Shown: positions 37,415-46,476 of the stretch, in pieces
Position numbering within the stretch: position 1 is the first letter of the stretch
How the letters are laid out: every line of letters begins with the position of its first letter
Source of the DNA: an uncultured Leptospirales bacterium
GTDB taxonomy: Bacteria > Spirochaetota > UBA4802 > UBA5550
Direction: 5' to 3'
Length of the DNA: 62,785 nt
Assembly (NCBI GenBank): GCA_964529965.1
Contig: CAZHAD010000004.1
Coordinates: forward strand, 10,358 to 73,142
The notes under the pieces: generated by a model
Database searches by the model: none
The model's input: the letters and a program-made list of their open reading frames with translations, nothing else
Told to the model about the DNA's origin: nothing
Made by a program: the position numbers and the translations under genes

Positions 37415-38713
37415 ATGAACATACGGTCGATATTCGGTTTTTTACCTCCCCGGCTGCTGTATTCTTGCACGGATCTTCCTGTAACCGATGTCTCCCTGCC
37501 GAAGCAATCGGTGATATTATTGGGCAAGAGCTCGGAGGGGGCGGCCCTTCCCGCGCTCGTCCCCGGTGATTTGTTAAAAACAGGCGGGAAGATCCTCGAT
37601 TCAAAGGGAAATCTCCTATCTTATTCACCGGTAACCGGAGCGGTAGCCGAGATTTACAATCTCTCGGGCATTGACGAGGATTTCAATGCGGTTTCCGTGA
37701 ACACGTCAGAACAGGACATATGGGACGAGAACCGCAGCGGGGCCGGCAACTATCTTGAGATGGAGCCGGCCGCCCTTGTTTCCCTTTTATGCGAATCGGG
37801 CTTTTCTCTGGACATTAACAATGGCAAGAAACCTGATGCTGTAATCCTCAACTGCCTTGAGAGCGATCTTCTGATATCGATCAACCGGAATGTGCTTGCC
37901 GAGTACGGCGACAGCCTCAGGAAGGGGCTGGTGCTCTTGAAAAGGATCTCAGGCTCGGATGAGGCCATCATCGCGGTCCCCGGGGAGCTGCGCGATATTG
38001 CCGAACAGATCGCGGTCCGGGGCGGCGAAAGGATAGCCGTTGTGGACGTGCTGAAGCCGGTATATCCATTCGGCATGAAGGAAGTCATCCCAAGGGTTTT
38101 ATCGCGCAAAAAAGTCAGGAGGCCGCTGGTCATTACGCCCGAATACCTCAATTCGATCGTCCTGTTTCTGGAGATGGGCTCTCCCGCCGTGCAGAAGTTC
38201 GTCACCCTCATCGATCGCAACGGCGTCAGGATGAACATGAAGGTGAGGATAGGCACGCCGGTATCCCATGTTTTAAGAGAGGGAAACGTCAAGATAACCG
38301 AGCTGGACAAGCTTGTGCTGGGAGGGAGCATGAGGGGAAGGCCGATCTTCCACGCAGAATTCCCCGTGACCGCCGATATTGACGCGATTCTGATCCAGGG
38401 CGGGGAAGCGGTTGTGGCTCCCCTGAATGAAACATGCGTGGGATGCGGGAAATGCGTCGGCGTATGTCCCAATAAGCTGCAGGTGAATCTGCTCGCACGC
38501 TATGCCGAGTTTAACATATTCGAGCGCTGCCGGGAGCTTGATATCGACCACTGCATCGAATGCGGATTGTGCGCATACGTATGCATGTCGAGAAGGTCGA
38601 CAGTACAATATCTGACCTACGCCAAGAAGGAATTGGCGATCATGGAAAAGGAAGGGGAGCACGCCATCGGACAGTCGGGCGAATATGAAGAAGGAATTAA
38701 ATCTTGCCATTGA
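37415..38713 (+). CDS. rnfC: RnfC-like subunit lacking the NADH/FMN-binding glycine-rich motif
   Basis: The position is first in the rnfCDGEAB order. C-terminal 'CVGCGKCVGVCPNKL' and 'CIECGLCAYVCMSR' are present. 'YPFGMKEVI' and 'LGGSMRG' align to RnfC 'YPQGGEKQLI' and 'SGGPMMG'. There is no GxGGAGFP-type motif anywhere in the protein. Confidence 0.78.
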   Translation: MNIRSIFGFLPPRLLYSCTDLPVTDVSLPKQSVILLGKSSEGAALPALVPGDLLKTGGKILDSKGNLLSYSPVTGAVAEIYNLSGIDEDFNAVSVNTSEQDIWDENRSGAGNYLEMEPAALVSLLCESGFSLDINNGKKPDAVILNCLESDLLISINRNVLAEYGDSLRKGLVLLKRISGSDEAIIAVPGELRDIAEQIAVRGGERIAVVDVLKPVYPFGMKEVIPRVLSRKKVRRPLVITPEYLNSIVLFLEMGSPAVQKFVTLIDRNGVRMNMKVRIGTPVSHVLREGNVKITELDKLVLGGSMRGRPIFHAEFPVTADIDAILIQGGEAVVAPLNETCVGCGKCVGVCPNKLQVNLLARYAEFNIFERCRELDIDHCIECGLCAYVCMSRRSTVQYLTYAKKELAIMEKEGEHAIGQSGEYEEGIKSCH

Positions 38714-38753
38714 AAAATCGGGCGAACATGAAGAAGGAATAAAATCATGCCAT
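38675..38753 (+). repeat. Imperfect tandem duplication (2 x 36 nt, period 43 nt, 33/36 identical) across the rnfC stop / rnfD start
   Basis: Copy 1 is TCGGGCGAATATGAAGAAGGAATTAAATCTTGCCAT (38675-38710). Copy 2 is TCGGGCGAACATGAAGAAGGAATAAAATCATGCCAT (38718-38753). Confidence 0.85.
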
Positions 38754-39727
38754 CCAGCGAGATAAAATATTATAACCTGGTCGTGACCTCCGCCCCCCAC
38801 GTGCACGCGGGCACGACCTACGCCGGAGCGATGTACACGATTGTATTCGCGCTCATGCCCGCGGCGATTTACGCGATACACATCTACGGCATTGACGCGG
38901 CGAGGGTGATGTCGGTGTCGATAGCATCGGCGATGGCGAGCGAGTATATCATTCAAAAGTTGTTCAGAACGCCGGCCACCATCGACGACGGGAACGCCCT
39001 GCTGATGGGGCTCCTCATGGCGTTCATACTCCCCCCCAGCGTTCCCTGGTGGCTCATCGTCGTGGGTTGCTTTTTTTCCATACTCGTGGGCAAGCAGATT
39101 TTCGGGGGCAGGGGCGGCAATACCTTCCACCCGGTCCTTCTCGGGTGGGTGGCGCTCAGATTTTCATGGGCGGATTACATCAATTACAGCTTCGGCGCCA
39201 TAAATTATAACCTCAACTTCCCCATAGAGTATCCCCTGCATGTATTGAAAAAATCCGGCGCCGCTGCCATCGCCAACCTTAACTACCTGGACCTGTTTCT
39301 TGGCAAGCAGGTCGGAGGGATAGGGGCTTCGGCTGTGTGGTTGATACTCATCGGCGGGCTTTTCCTCATCGCGCGCGGGATCATATCCTGGAGAATTCCG
39401 TTCGCCTATATTGCGGGCGTCGCCGCCACCGCCTCGGTTTTCTGGCTGGCTGACGGCAGCAGATACGCGGACCCGCTTTTCCATATCATCGTGGGGAATG
39501 TCATGATAGGCGCGTTCTTTTTTGCGACGGATTATTCGAGTTCTCCGGTCAATAAGACGGCCATGCTCATTTTCGGCTTCGGGTGCGGCATGTTTACGGT
39601 GATCTTCAGGATACTGAGCAATAATCCGAACGGCGTATTTTTCGCCATACTTTTCATGAATATCTTTTACCCGCTGCTCGACAAGATCAGGCCGTCGGTT
39701 CCGGGAAAGGCGATGAAGGGAGCATAG
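38747..39727 (+). CDS. rnfD: Rnf complex subunit D (NqrB/RnfD family)
   Basis: A polytopic membrane protein with a 'FFATDYSSSPV' region corresponding to the covalent-FMN site of the family. Confidence 0.9.
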   Translation: MPSSEIKYYNLVVTSAPHVHAGTTYAGAMYTIVFALMPAAIYAIHIYGIDAARVMSVSIASAMASEYIIQKLFRTPATIDDGNALLMGLLMAFILPPSVPWWLIVVGCFFSILVGKQIFGGRGGNTFHPVLLGWVALRFSWADYINYSFGAINYNLNFPIEYPLHVLKKSGAAAIANLNYLDLFLGKQVGGIGASAVWLILIGGLFLIARGIISWRIPFAYIAGVAATASVFWLADGSRYADPLFHIIVGNVMIGAFFFATDYSSSPVNKTAMLIFGFGCGMFTVIFRILSNNPNGVFFAILFMNIFYPLLDKIRPSVPGKAMKGA

Positions 39728-39733
39728 GCGGCC

Positions 39734-40306
39734 ATGAAAGAGTATATAAAAATGATCGTGGTATTGTCGGTAATCAGCGCCGTGTGCGGATTCGGACTCG
39801 CAGGAATCAGGTCCCTGACGAAAGAGCGCATCGAAGAGCAGAAGCTCCTCTACGTGGAGGGACCGGTGGTCAAAAAAATATTGGCCGGCTCGACCAACGA
39901 CCTCATCAAGGACAGGAAGGAAATAGTAATAAACAAGACGAAGCATATCGTTTTTATCGGAAAGAAGAACGGCAAACCCTGGGCACTCGCTTATGAGGCG
40001 GAGGGCACCGGGTTCGGCGGAGAAATGAGCGTCATGATCGGAGTCGACCTTATCAATGACACCCTCACCGGCATAGGAGTCACCTCCAACAAGGAGACCC
40101 CGGGGGTTGGCTCGCGGGCGACCGAGGACACCTTCACCAATGAATTCAAGAACAAGGACCTGAACGCGGTTTTCAAAATAAAGCCGGACGGCGGGGTCAT
40201 CGACGCGGTCACCGGCGCGACCATCGCCTCGCGAGGGGTATGCGGCGCAGTGCAGAAGGGGGTGTCCATGTTCAAGGAGATCAAGAAACAGGCGGTGAAG
40301 CAATAG
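39734..40306 (+). CDS. rnfG: Rnf complex subunit G (FMN-binding)
   Basis: An N-terminal TM segment and the 'DAVTGATIASRG' (S/T-G-A-T) covalent FMN attachment motif. Confidence 0.9.
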   Translation: MKEYIKMIVVLSVISAVCGFGLAGIRSLTKERIEEQKLLYVEGPVVKKILAGSTNDLIKDRKEIVINKTKHIVFIGKKNGKPWALAYEAEGTGFGGEMSVMIGVDLINDTLTGIGVTSNKETPGVGSRATEDTFTNEFKNKDLNAVFKIKPDGGVIDAVTGATIASRGVCGAVQKGVSMFKEIKKQAVKQ

Positions 40307-40319
40307 AGGGGAGAAGACA

Positions 40320-40922
40320 ATGGCGACATTAACACAGGAGTTTACCAAGGGCCTCTGGAAGGAGATTCCGCCCTTCAGGCTCGTACTCGGCATATGCGCG
40401 GCCCTGGCGGTGACCAAATCGATGCTGGACGGCTTCGGCATGGGGGTCGCCCTGATATTCGTGCTGGTCTGCTCGAACGTGATCATATCGATGCTCAGGA
40501 ACGTGATACCGAAAAAGGTCCGCCTCGCCTGCTATATCGTCGTTATCGCAACGTTCGTCGTTATCGTTGAGCTGATCACCCAGGCGTACGTTTACAGCCT
40601 GTACGAGGCGCTGGGAATATTCATCCCCCTCATCGTGGTGAACTGCATAATACTCGGAAGGGCCGAGGCGTTCGCATCGAAAAAGCCGGTGCTTCGATCA
40701 CTGCTGGACGGCCTCGGGATCGGCGTCGGGTACATGCTGGCCCTCGTTGTCCTCGGCGGGTTCCGTGAGGTCCTGGGCAGGGGCACGCTGCTGGCGGGCA
40801 GCCAGTACGTCGTCCACCTTTTCGGCCCTGCATTCAAGCCGTTCGCTTTCATGGTCGAGGCTCCGGGTGCCTTCATCTGCCTCGGCCTAATGCTCGGAAT
40901 CATGAATATACTGGGGGATTGA
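40320..40922 (+). CDS. rnfE: Rnf complex subunit E
   Basis: About 6 TM helices. 'LGIFIPLIVVNCIILGRAEAFA' is typical of the RnfE/NqrD family. Confidence 0.9.
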   Translation: MATLTQEFTKGLWKEIPPFRLVLGICAALAVTKSMLDGFGMGVALIFVLVCSNVIISMLRNVIPKKVRLACYIVVIATFVVIVELITQAYVYSLYEALGIFIPLIVVNCIILGRAEAFASKKPVLRSLLDGLGIGVGYMLALVVLGGFREVLGRGTLLAGSQYVVHLFGPAFKPFAFMVEAPGAFICLGLMLGIMNILGD

Positions 40923-41518
40923 TGATGGAATTTGTAATACTCATTATCACTGCCATACTGATAAAAAATATCCTCCTCGCCGAATACCTGGGGAACTGTC
41001 CGTTCATAGGTACTTCAAAGAAGATGAGCACTGCGATAGGGATGGGGATGGCGGTCATATTCACGGTGGCCCTCGCCAGCGTTTTCACCTGGGCCATTCA
41101 GAAGTACGCGCTTAATCCCCTTGACCTGGGATACCTGCAGACGATCGTCTTCATTCTCGTCATCGCCGCGCTGGTCCAGCTCGTGGAGTTTTTCCTGAAA
41201 AAGTCGGTCCCCCCGCTTTACAAGGCTCTGGGCATATTCCTTCCGCTCATTACGACCAACTGCGCGGTGCTCGGGATCGCCGTACTGAATATAAGGCGTG
41301 ATTATAACTTTTTGGAAATGCTGGTATTTTCGATCGCCGCGTCCGCGGGCTTTTCCCTTGCCCTCATTCTTATGACCGGCATTCGCGAACGGTACGAGAC
41401 CACGCACATACCGCGCGCGCTGCAGGGCACGGCGATCAGCCTCATCACGGCGGGGTTGATGGCGATGGCGTTTCTGGGCTTCGCGGGCGTGGACACGGCG
41501 TTGAATGCCTTGAAGTAA
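40922..41518 (+). CDS. rnfA: Rnf complex subunit A
   Basis: About 6 TM helices. 'LGIFLPLITTNCAVLG' is typical of RnfA/NqrE. The start overlaps the rnfE stop (TGATG). Confidence 0.9.
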   Translation: MMEFVILIITAILIKNILLAEYLGNCPFIGTSKKMSTAIGMGMAVIFTVALASVFTWAIQKYALNPLDLGYLQTIVFILVIAALVQLVEFFLKKSVPPLYKALGIFLPLITTNCAVLGIAVLNIRRDYNFLEMLVFSIAASAGFSLALILMTGIRERYETTHIPRALQGTAISLITAGLMAMAFLGFAGVDTALNALK

Positions 41519-41542
41519 CTGGTAAAGAAAAGGACTGCCGAT

Positions 41543-43585
41543 ATGCTTACGACAACACTGTTTCTCCTCGGCCTCGGATTCGTCGCGGCGCTCATTCTGG
41601 CGGTCGCCTCGAAGGTGTTTTACGTGTGGGAGGATCCGAAGATCGCGGAGGTCGAGGATTCGCTCCTCGGCGCAAACTGCGGAGGGTGCGGCTTCCCCGG
41701 ATGCTCCGCCGCCGCGACCGCGGTCATTCTCGGAAAGACGGGAGTGAACGTGTGCGTGGCGGGCGGCAACGAGGTCGCCTTGAAGGTCGCTGCGATCATG
41801 GGCCAGGAGGTCGAGCTGAAGGAGCCCGAGATCGCCTATTCGAGCTGCAGGTACAATCTGCTCGAGGCCGAAACGCGTTTCATCTATTCGGGAGTGAACG
41901 ATTGCCGCGCGGCGGCCATGTACGGGGGCGGCCCGAAGGAATGCCCCATCGGATGCATCGGGCTCGGCACCTGTGCACGCGCCTGTCCCTTCGGCGCCAT
42001 CACCATGGGGGCCCACGGCATGCCCGTGTTCGACAGGAACAAGTGCAGAAGCTGCGGCATCTGCGTTGAGGTCTGCCCCAAGGACATCATCTATCTTTCA
42101 TCCGCGACCACGCGCATGATCGGCGACTATCGCGTCGATGAGTGCTCGACCCCGTGCCAGCGGGCGTGCCCGAGCGGCGTCAACATACCGGCATACATCA
42201 GGCAGATCTCGATGGGCAATTACGATGAGGCGCTGCGGATCATCAAGGAGCGGTGTCCCCTGCCGCTCATCGTGGGCAGGATATGCCCCGCTCCGTGCGA
42301 GATGGACTGCCGCCGCACCCTGGTAGACCAGTCGGTCGGCATCAATAACCTGAAGCGCTTCGTAGCGGACCGCGAGATGCAAAGCGGCAGGAGGATCTAC
42401 CCGTTCCTGGCGCCCAAAACCGACCACAGGGTCGCCGTCATCGGCGGCGGCGCTCAGGGCCTGAGCCTGGCTTTTTATCTCGCCTGTCTGGGGCATAAAC
42501 CGACCGTCTTTGAATCCTCCGAAAGGCTCGGCGGCATCATAAGGTACGTGATACCCGAGTCCCGGCTTCCGGAGAAGGTCGTGGACTGGGAGATTGAAGG
42601 CGTGCTGGGCGCGGGCGTGGAGGCCGAGACTGGAAAGACGGCAGGCAGGGATTTCACCATCGGCTCGCTGCTCAACGACGGATACAAAGCGGTCGCCTTC
42701 GCCACCGGAGGGTTAGACAGCAGGCAGATAATCCATGGAAGGGGCGTGGCCGCACAATCCATCCCTGGCGTATACACTCTTTTGGATTTTCTTACCGTGC
42801 TTTCAAGGCGTGAGGATTTCCGGATCGGAGGAAAGGTGTACGTCTTCGGCGGAGGGAATGCGACACTTGAGGCTGCCCGCCTTTGCCTGCGCAAGGGCGC
42901 CGAAGAGGCCACTATAATCTATCCATTTTTAAAACAGGACCTCGTATTGCGTGGAATCGACGTGGACGCCGCAGAGCGCGAAGGAATACGATTTCTCTTC
43001 GGAACCGTAATATCCGGCGTCTCCGGTATAGGAGACACCCTAGCCGGCCTGGCCCTGATAAAGGAGGACTGCTCGGTTGAGCACGTACCCGCCGAAGCAT
43101 TGATCGCGGCGACCGGACGTATTTCGGATCTGGTTTTCGTGCGCGCCGGCGATGAGGATCCCCGGCCCGAGGCATGGGCCACCATTGCGTCATATGCCAT
43201 GAACCCGGACAACCGATATGATGACATATTCAACCTCAATGAGAACGGCGTATTCAATGACAATCTCGCGGTCATACATTCCATCGCCAAGGGAAGGAGA
43301 ATGGCGCGTGCCGCGCATCTGTTTTTAACGGGCAAGGAGCTTGAGCCGCAGGCTAATCAGATCAAAAAAGACATGAAAATACTTAACATAACGCACATCA
43401 AGGGGGTTGATGCGAACGCGCGGAACATCGCGCTGCAGAATTTGAGCGCCTCCAGTTATTGCGATACCGCTGTCCTCTTCAGCCAGACCGAGATCGGAAG
43501 CGGGCTCTCCGAGGACGCGGCGATAAAAGAGGCGGCACGGTGCCTTGACTGTGGATTGATCTGTTATAAGAAATCCGCGTCATGA
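41543..43585 (+). CDS. rnfB: RnfB fused to a GltD/NfnB-like FAD- and NAD(P)H-binding iron-sulfur flavoprotein (680 aa)
   Basis: Residues 1 to about 200 are RnfB: a TM anchor, 'GANCGGCGFPGCSAAA', 'CPIGCIGLGTCARACPFGAI' and 'CRSCGICVEVCPKDI'. The rest is GltD-like: 'CQRACPSGVNIPAYIRQI...RICPAPCEMDCRR', 'VAVIGGGAQGLSLAFYLACLG', 'LGGIIRYVIPESRLP' and 'VYVFGGGNATLEAARLCLRKGA'. Confidence 0.85.
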   Translation: MLTTTLFLLGLGFVAALILAVASKVFYVWEDPKIAEVEDSLLGANCGGCGFPGCSAAATAVILGKTGVNVCVAGGNEVALKVAAIMGQEVELKEPEIAYSSCRYNLLEAETRFIYSGVNDCRAAAMYGGGPKECPIGCIGLGTCARACPFGAITMGAHGMPVFDRNKCRSCGICVEVCPKDIIYLSSATTRMIGDYRVDECSTPCQRACPSGVNIPAYIRQISMGNYDEALRIIKERCPLPLIVGRICPAPCEMDCRRTLVDQSVGINNLKRFVADREMQSGRRIYPFLAPKTDHRVAVIGGGAQGLSLAFYLACLGHKPTVFESSERLGGIIRYVIPESRLPEKVVDWEIEGVLGAGVEAETGKTAGRDFTIGSLLNDGYKAVAFATGGLDSRQIIHGRGVAAQSIPGVYTLLDFLTVLSRREDFRIGGKVYVFGGGNATLEAARLCLRKGAEEATIIYPFLKQDLVLRGIDVDAAEREGIRFLFGTVISGVSGIGDTLAGLALIKEDCSVEHVPAEALIAATGRISDLVFVRAGDEDPRPEAWATIASYAMNPDNRYDDIFNLNENGVFNDNLAVIHSIAKGRRMARAAHLFLTGKELEPQANQIKKDMKILNITHIKGVDANARNIALQNLSASSYCDTAVLFSQTEIGSGLSEDAAIKEAARCLDCGLICYKKSAS

Positions 43586-43619
43586 AGACGAATGTCATAA
43601 TATCTTTGGGAGTGTCTAC

Positions 43620-44132
43620 ATGAATTCATATCAGATTACGAAAGAGTATCATGCGTTTTTAAAGGACGAGGAGCTTGTTGAATGCAGGGATACCGTTGAT
43701 TCAATACTCACCGAGTATCGCGGAAGGAGGGGAGGGCTCATTCCGGTTCTCCAGCAGGTGCAGGGGCATCTGAAATTTCTTCCCACACCGGTTCAAAATT
43801 ACGTCGCGCTCGGTCTCGGGGTTCCGCCGTCCGATGTCTACGGGGTGGTTTCGTTCTATTCCTTTTTTTCCATGAAGCCGAGGGGGAGGCATCTGGTGCG
43901 GACCTGTCTGGGGACCGCCTGTTACGTAAAAGGAATACAGAAGGTAATCGATAAGATCGAGAGGGAATTCGGCGTTACCGTGGGAGGGACCACCCAGGAC
44001 AGACGGTTTACGCTTCAGGGGGTTCGATGCCTCGGCGCGTGCGGGCTTGCGCCGGTGGTCATGGTCGACGAAGACACCCTCGGGCAGGTCGATCCTGCTA
44101 AAATCATCAAGATGCTTGAAAAATATGAATAA
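43620..44132 (+). CDS. NuoE/HydC-like thioredoxin-fold [2Fe-2S] subunit
   Basis: Contains 'GGLIPVLQQVQ', 'VRTCLGTACYVKG' and 'CLGACGLAPVVMVDED'. Confidence 0.9.
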   Translation: MNSYQITKEYHAFLKDEELVECRDTVDSILTEYRGRRGGLIPVLQQVQGHLKFLPTPVQNYVALGLGVPPSDVYGVVSFYSFFSMKPRGRHLVRTCLGTACYVKGIQKVIDKIEREFGVTVGGTTQDRRFTLQGVRCLGACGLAPVVMVDEDTLGQVDPAKIIKMLEKYE

Positions 44133-44229
44133 GGTGCGCGGTACATGCGGCAAAGGCGGTCGCGGATGACCGCGGTCCCGGTCCGGTGCGGGGCGCACGT
44201 AAACGGAATCATTCGACGCGAGGCATGAC

Positions 44230-44613
44230 ATGGGAAAACTGAAGATAGAGGATCTCCAGAAAATCAAGGAGAGGGTGAAGGGGACCGTCACCGTCAGGGA
44301 GGGGTCTCACCGTGTGAAGATAGTCGTGCACATGGGGACCTGCGGGATTGCGGCAGGGGCGCGTACGGTGCTGAACACGTTCCTGAATGAAATCAATGCG
44401 CGCGGCGTGACGGACGTGATATTGACGACCTCCGGCTGCGCGGGATTGTGCAGCAGGGAGCCGATGGCTACCATCGAGTTGAAGGGGACTGCGCCGGTAA
44501 AATATATCGACCTTGATGAGGAAAAAACAAAAAAGATTTTTTCGGACCATGTCATGGATGAAAAGCCGGTCATAGAATTCGCGCTCGTTCAGGGGAGCGA
44601 AACAACGTATTAA
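44230..44613 (+). CDS. Thioredoxin-like [2Fe-2S] ferredoxin
   Basis: Contains the 'VVHMGTCGIAAGA' and 'TSGCAGLCSREPM' cysteine pairs. Confidence 0.8.
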   Translation: MGKLKIEDLQKIKERVKGTVTVREGSHRVKIVVHMGTCGIAAGARTVLNTFLNEINARGVTDVILTTSGCAGLCSREPMATIELKGTAPVKYIDLDEEKTKKIFSDHVMDEKPVIEFALVQGSETTY

Positions 44614-44624
44614 GGAATTTTTCC

Positions 44625-46421
44625 ATGCAGAAAGCTTACAGGACACATATACTGGTTTGCGCGGGGACCGGGTGCGTCGCGTCCGGCTCTTTAAAGGTGC
44701 GCGACAAGATGATTTCAGAGATCGAGCGGCACGGGCTTCAGGAAGAGGTCATGGTGGCCACCACCGGGTGCAACGGCTTTTGCGCGGTCGGACCGATCAC
44801 CATCGTCCACCCGGAGGGAATATTTTACAAGCGACTGGATGTGGAAGACGTGCCGTTTTTCGTGGAGGAGCTGCTGATCAAGGGAAGGACGGTGAAAAAG
44901 CACCTCTTTACCGAGAAGCAGCGCAACGAGCAGATCCCGGTAATGAACGATATCGGGTTTTTCAAGAACCAGGTCCTGGTGGCGCTGAAAAACAGGGCCC
45001 TCATCGATCCCGACGTCATAGACGAGTATATAGGACGGGACGGCTACCTGGCCACCTCCAGGGCGCTGAGGGAGATGACGCCGGAGCAGATCGTCGAAGA
45101 AGTGTTGAAGTCCGGCCTGCGGGGCAGGGGCGGCGGAGGTTTTTCCACCGGCATGAAGTGGAAGTTCTGCAAGGAGGCGAAGGGAGACGTCAAGTACATC
45201 CTCTGCAACGCGGATGAGGGGGACCCCGGCGCCTTCATGGACCGGTCCCTTCTCGAGAGCGACCCTCACGCCGTTCTTGAGGGGATGATCATCGGCGGAA
45301 AGGCCATAGGGGCGCACAAGGGATATATTTACGTGCGCGCCGAGTATCCGCTGGCGATCAAGCGGCTCAACACCGCCATCGGCCAGGCACGCGATTACGG
45401 GCTTCTGGGCGAGAACATTCTCGATAGCGGCTTCGATTTTGATATAGAGCTCTATTACGGCGCCGGCGCCTTTGTCTGCGGCGAGGAAACGGCGCTCATG
45501 CAATCGATCGAAGGAAAGCGGGGCATGCCGAGGCCCCGGCCCCCGTTCCCCGCGCACAAGGGACTGTGGGCGAAACCCACTGTTTTGAATAACGTCGAAA
45601 CCTTCGCCAACATCCCGCAGATCATTTCCCGCGGCGGCGACTGGTTCGCAAGCCTGGGCACCGAAAAAAGCAAGGGCACCAAGGTCTTCGCCCTTACCGG
45701 CGACGTGAATAATATCGGCCTGATAGAGGTGCCCATGGGCATAACCCTGCGCAAAATCGTGTACGATATCGGGGGGGGCATCAAGAATGGCAAAAACCTC
45801 AAGGCGATCCAGATAGGCGGCCCATCCGGGGGATGCCTGCCGGCGAGTATAATAGACACCCCCGTAGACTACGAATCGATCATCAAAACGGGCGCCATCG
45901 TCGGTTCGGGCGGCATGGTCGTCATGGATGACGGAAACTGCATGGTTGACATCGCAAAATTTTTTCTCGGATTCACCGCTGAGGAATCGTGCGGCAAGTG
46001 CACGCCCTGCAGGGTGGGCACGAAAATTCTGCTCGAAAAGCTGACCGATATATCTGAGGGGAGAGGAAAGGACGGCGATATCGAGATCCTCGAAACCATC
46101 TCGCGCAATGTGATCTCCTCGTCCCTGTGCGGACTCGGCCAGACCGCCCCCAATCCGGTGCTCACGACCATTCGATACTTCAGGGACGAGTACGAAGCCC
46201 ACATCTACGACAAGAAGTGTCCTGCCAAGCGGTGCAAGGCGTTGATAACCTTTACCATTGATCCGGAAAAGTGCACCGGATGCACCCTGTGTAAGCGCAA
46301 CTGCCCGCAGCAGTGCATATCGGGTGAGAAGAAGATGCCCCACACCATCGACCAGTCCCAGTGCATCCGCTGCAGTCTGTGCTATGATTCATGCAAATTT
46401 AACGCCGTTACGGTCGAATGA
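44625..46421 (+). CDS. NuoF/HydB-like NAD(P)H- and FMN-binding subunit with N-terminal [2Fe-2S] and C-terminal 2x[4Fe-4S] domains
   Basis: Contains 'ILVCAGTGCVASGS', 'GLRGRGGGGFSTGMKWKF' (FMN), 'CNADEGDPGAF' and 'ESCGKCTPCRVG'. The C-terminus has 'CTGCTLCKRNCPQQCI' and 'CIRCSLCYDSCKFNAV'. Confidence 0.9.
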   Translation: MQKAYRTHILVCAGTGCVASGSLKVRDKMISEIERHGLQEEVMVATTGCNGFCAVGPITIVHPEGIFYKRLDVEDVPFFVEELLIKGRTVKKHLFTEKQRNEQIPVMNDIGFFKNQVLVALKNRALIDPDVIDEYIGRDGYLATSRALREMTPEQIVEEVLKSGLRGRGGGGFSTGMKWKFCKEAKGDVKYILCNADEGDPGAFMDRSLLESDPHAVLEGMIIGGKAIGAHKGYIYVRAEYPLAIKRLNTAIGQARDYGLLGENILDSGFDFDIELYYGAGAFVCGEETALMQSIEGKRGMPRPRPPFPAHKGLWAKPTVLNNVETFANIPQIISRGGDWFASLGTEKSKGTKVFALTGDVNNIGLIEVPMGITLRKIVYDIGGGIKNGKNLKAIQIGGPSGGCLPASIIDTPVDYESIIKTGAIVGSGGMVVMDDGNCMVDIAKFFLGFTAEESCGKCTPCRVGTKILLEKLTDISEGRGKDGDIEILETISRNVISSSLCGLGQTAPNPVLTTIRYFRDEYEAHIYDKKCPAKRCKALITFTIDPEKCTGCTLCKRNCPQQCISGEKKMPHTIDQSQCIRCSLCYDSCKFNAVTVE

Positions 46422-46476
46422 CGGGGGAAATACCGATATACGGGATCACATATTTTGATACCAGGTTCAGGTGGCC

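Noticed and set aside
39164-42016. Minus-strand ORFs 39164..40486 (440 aa) and 41015..42016 (333 aa).
   Set aside because: They are antisense to rnfD/G/E and rnfA/B. The same compositional artefact applies.
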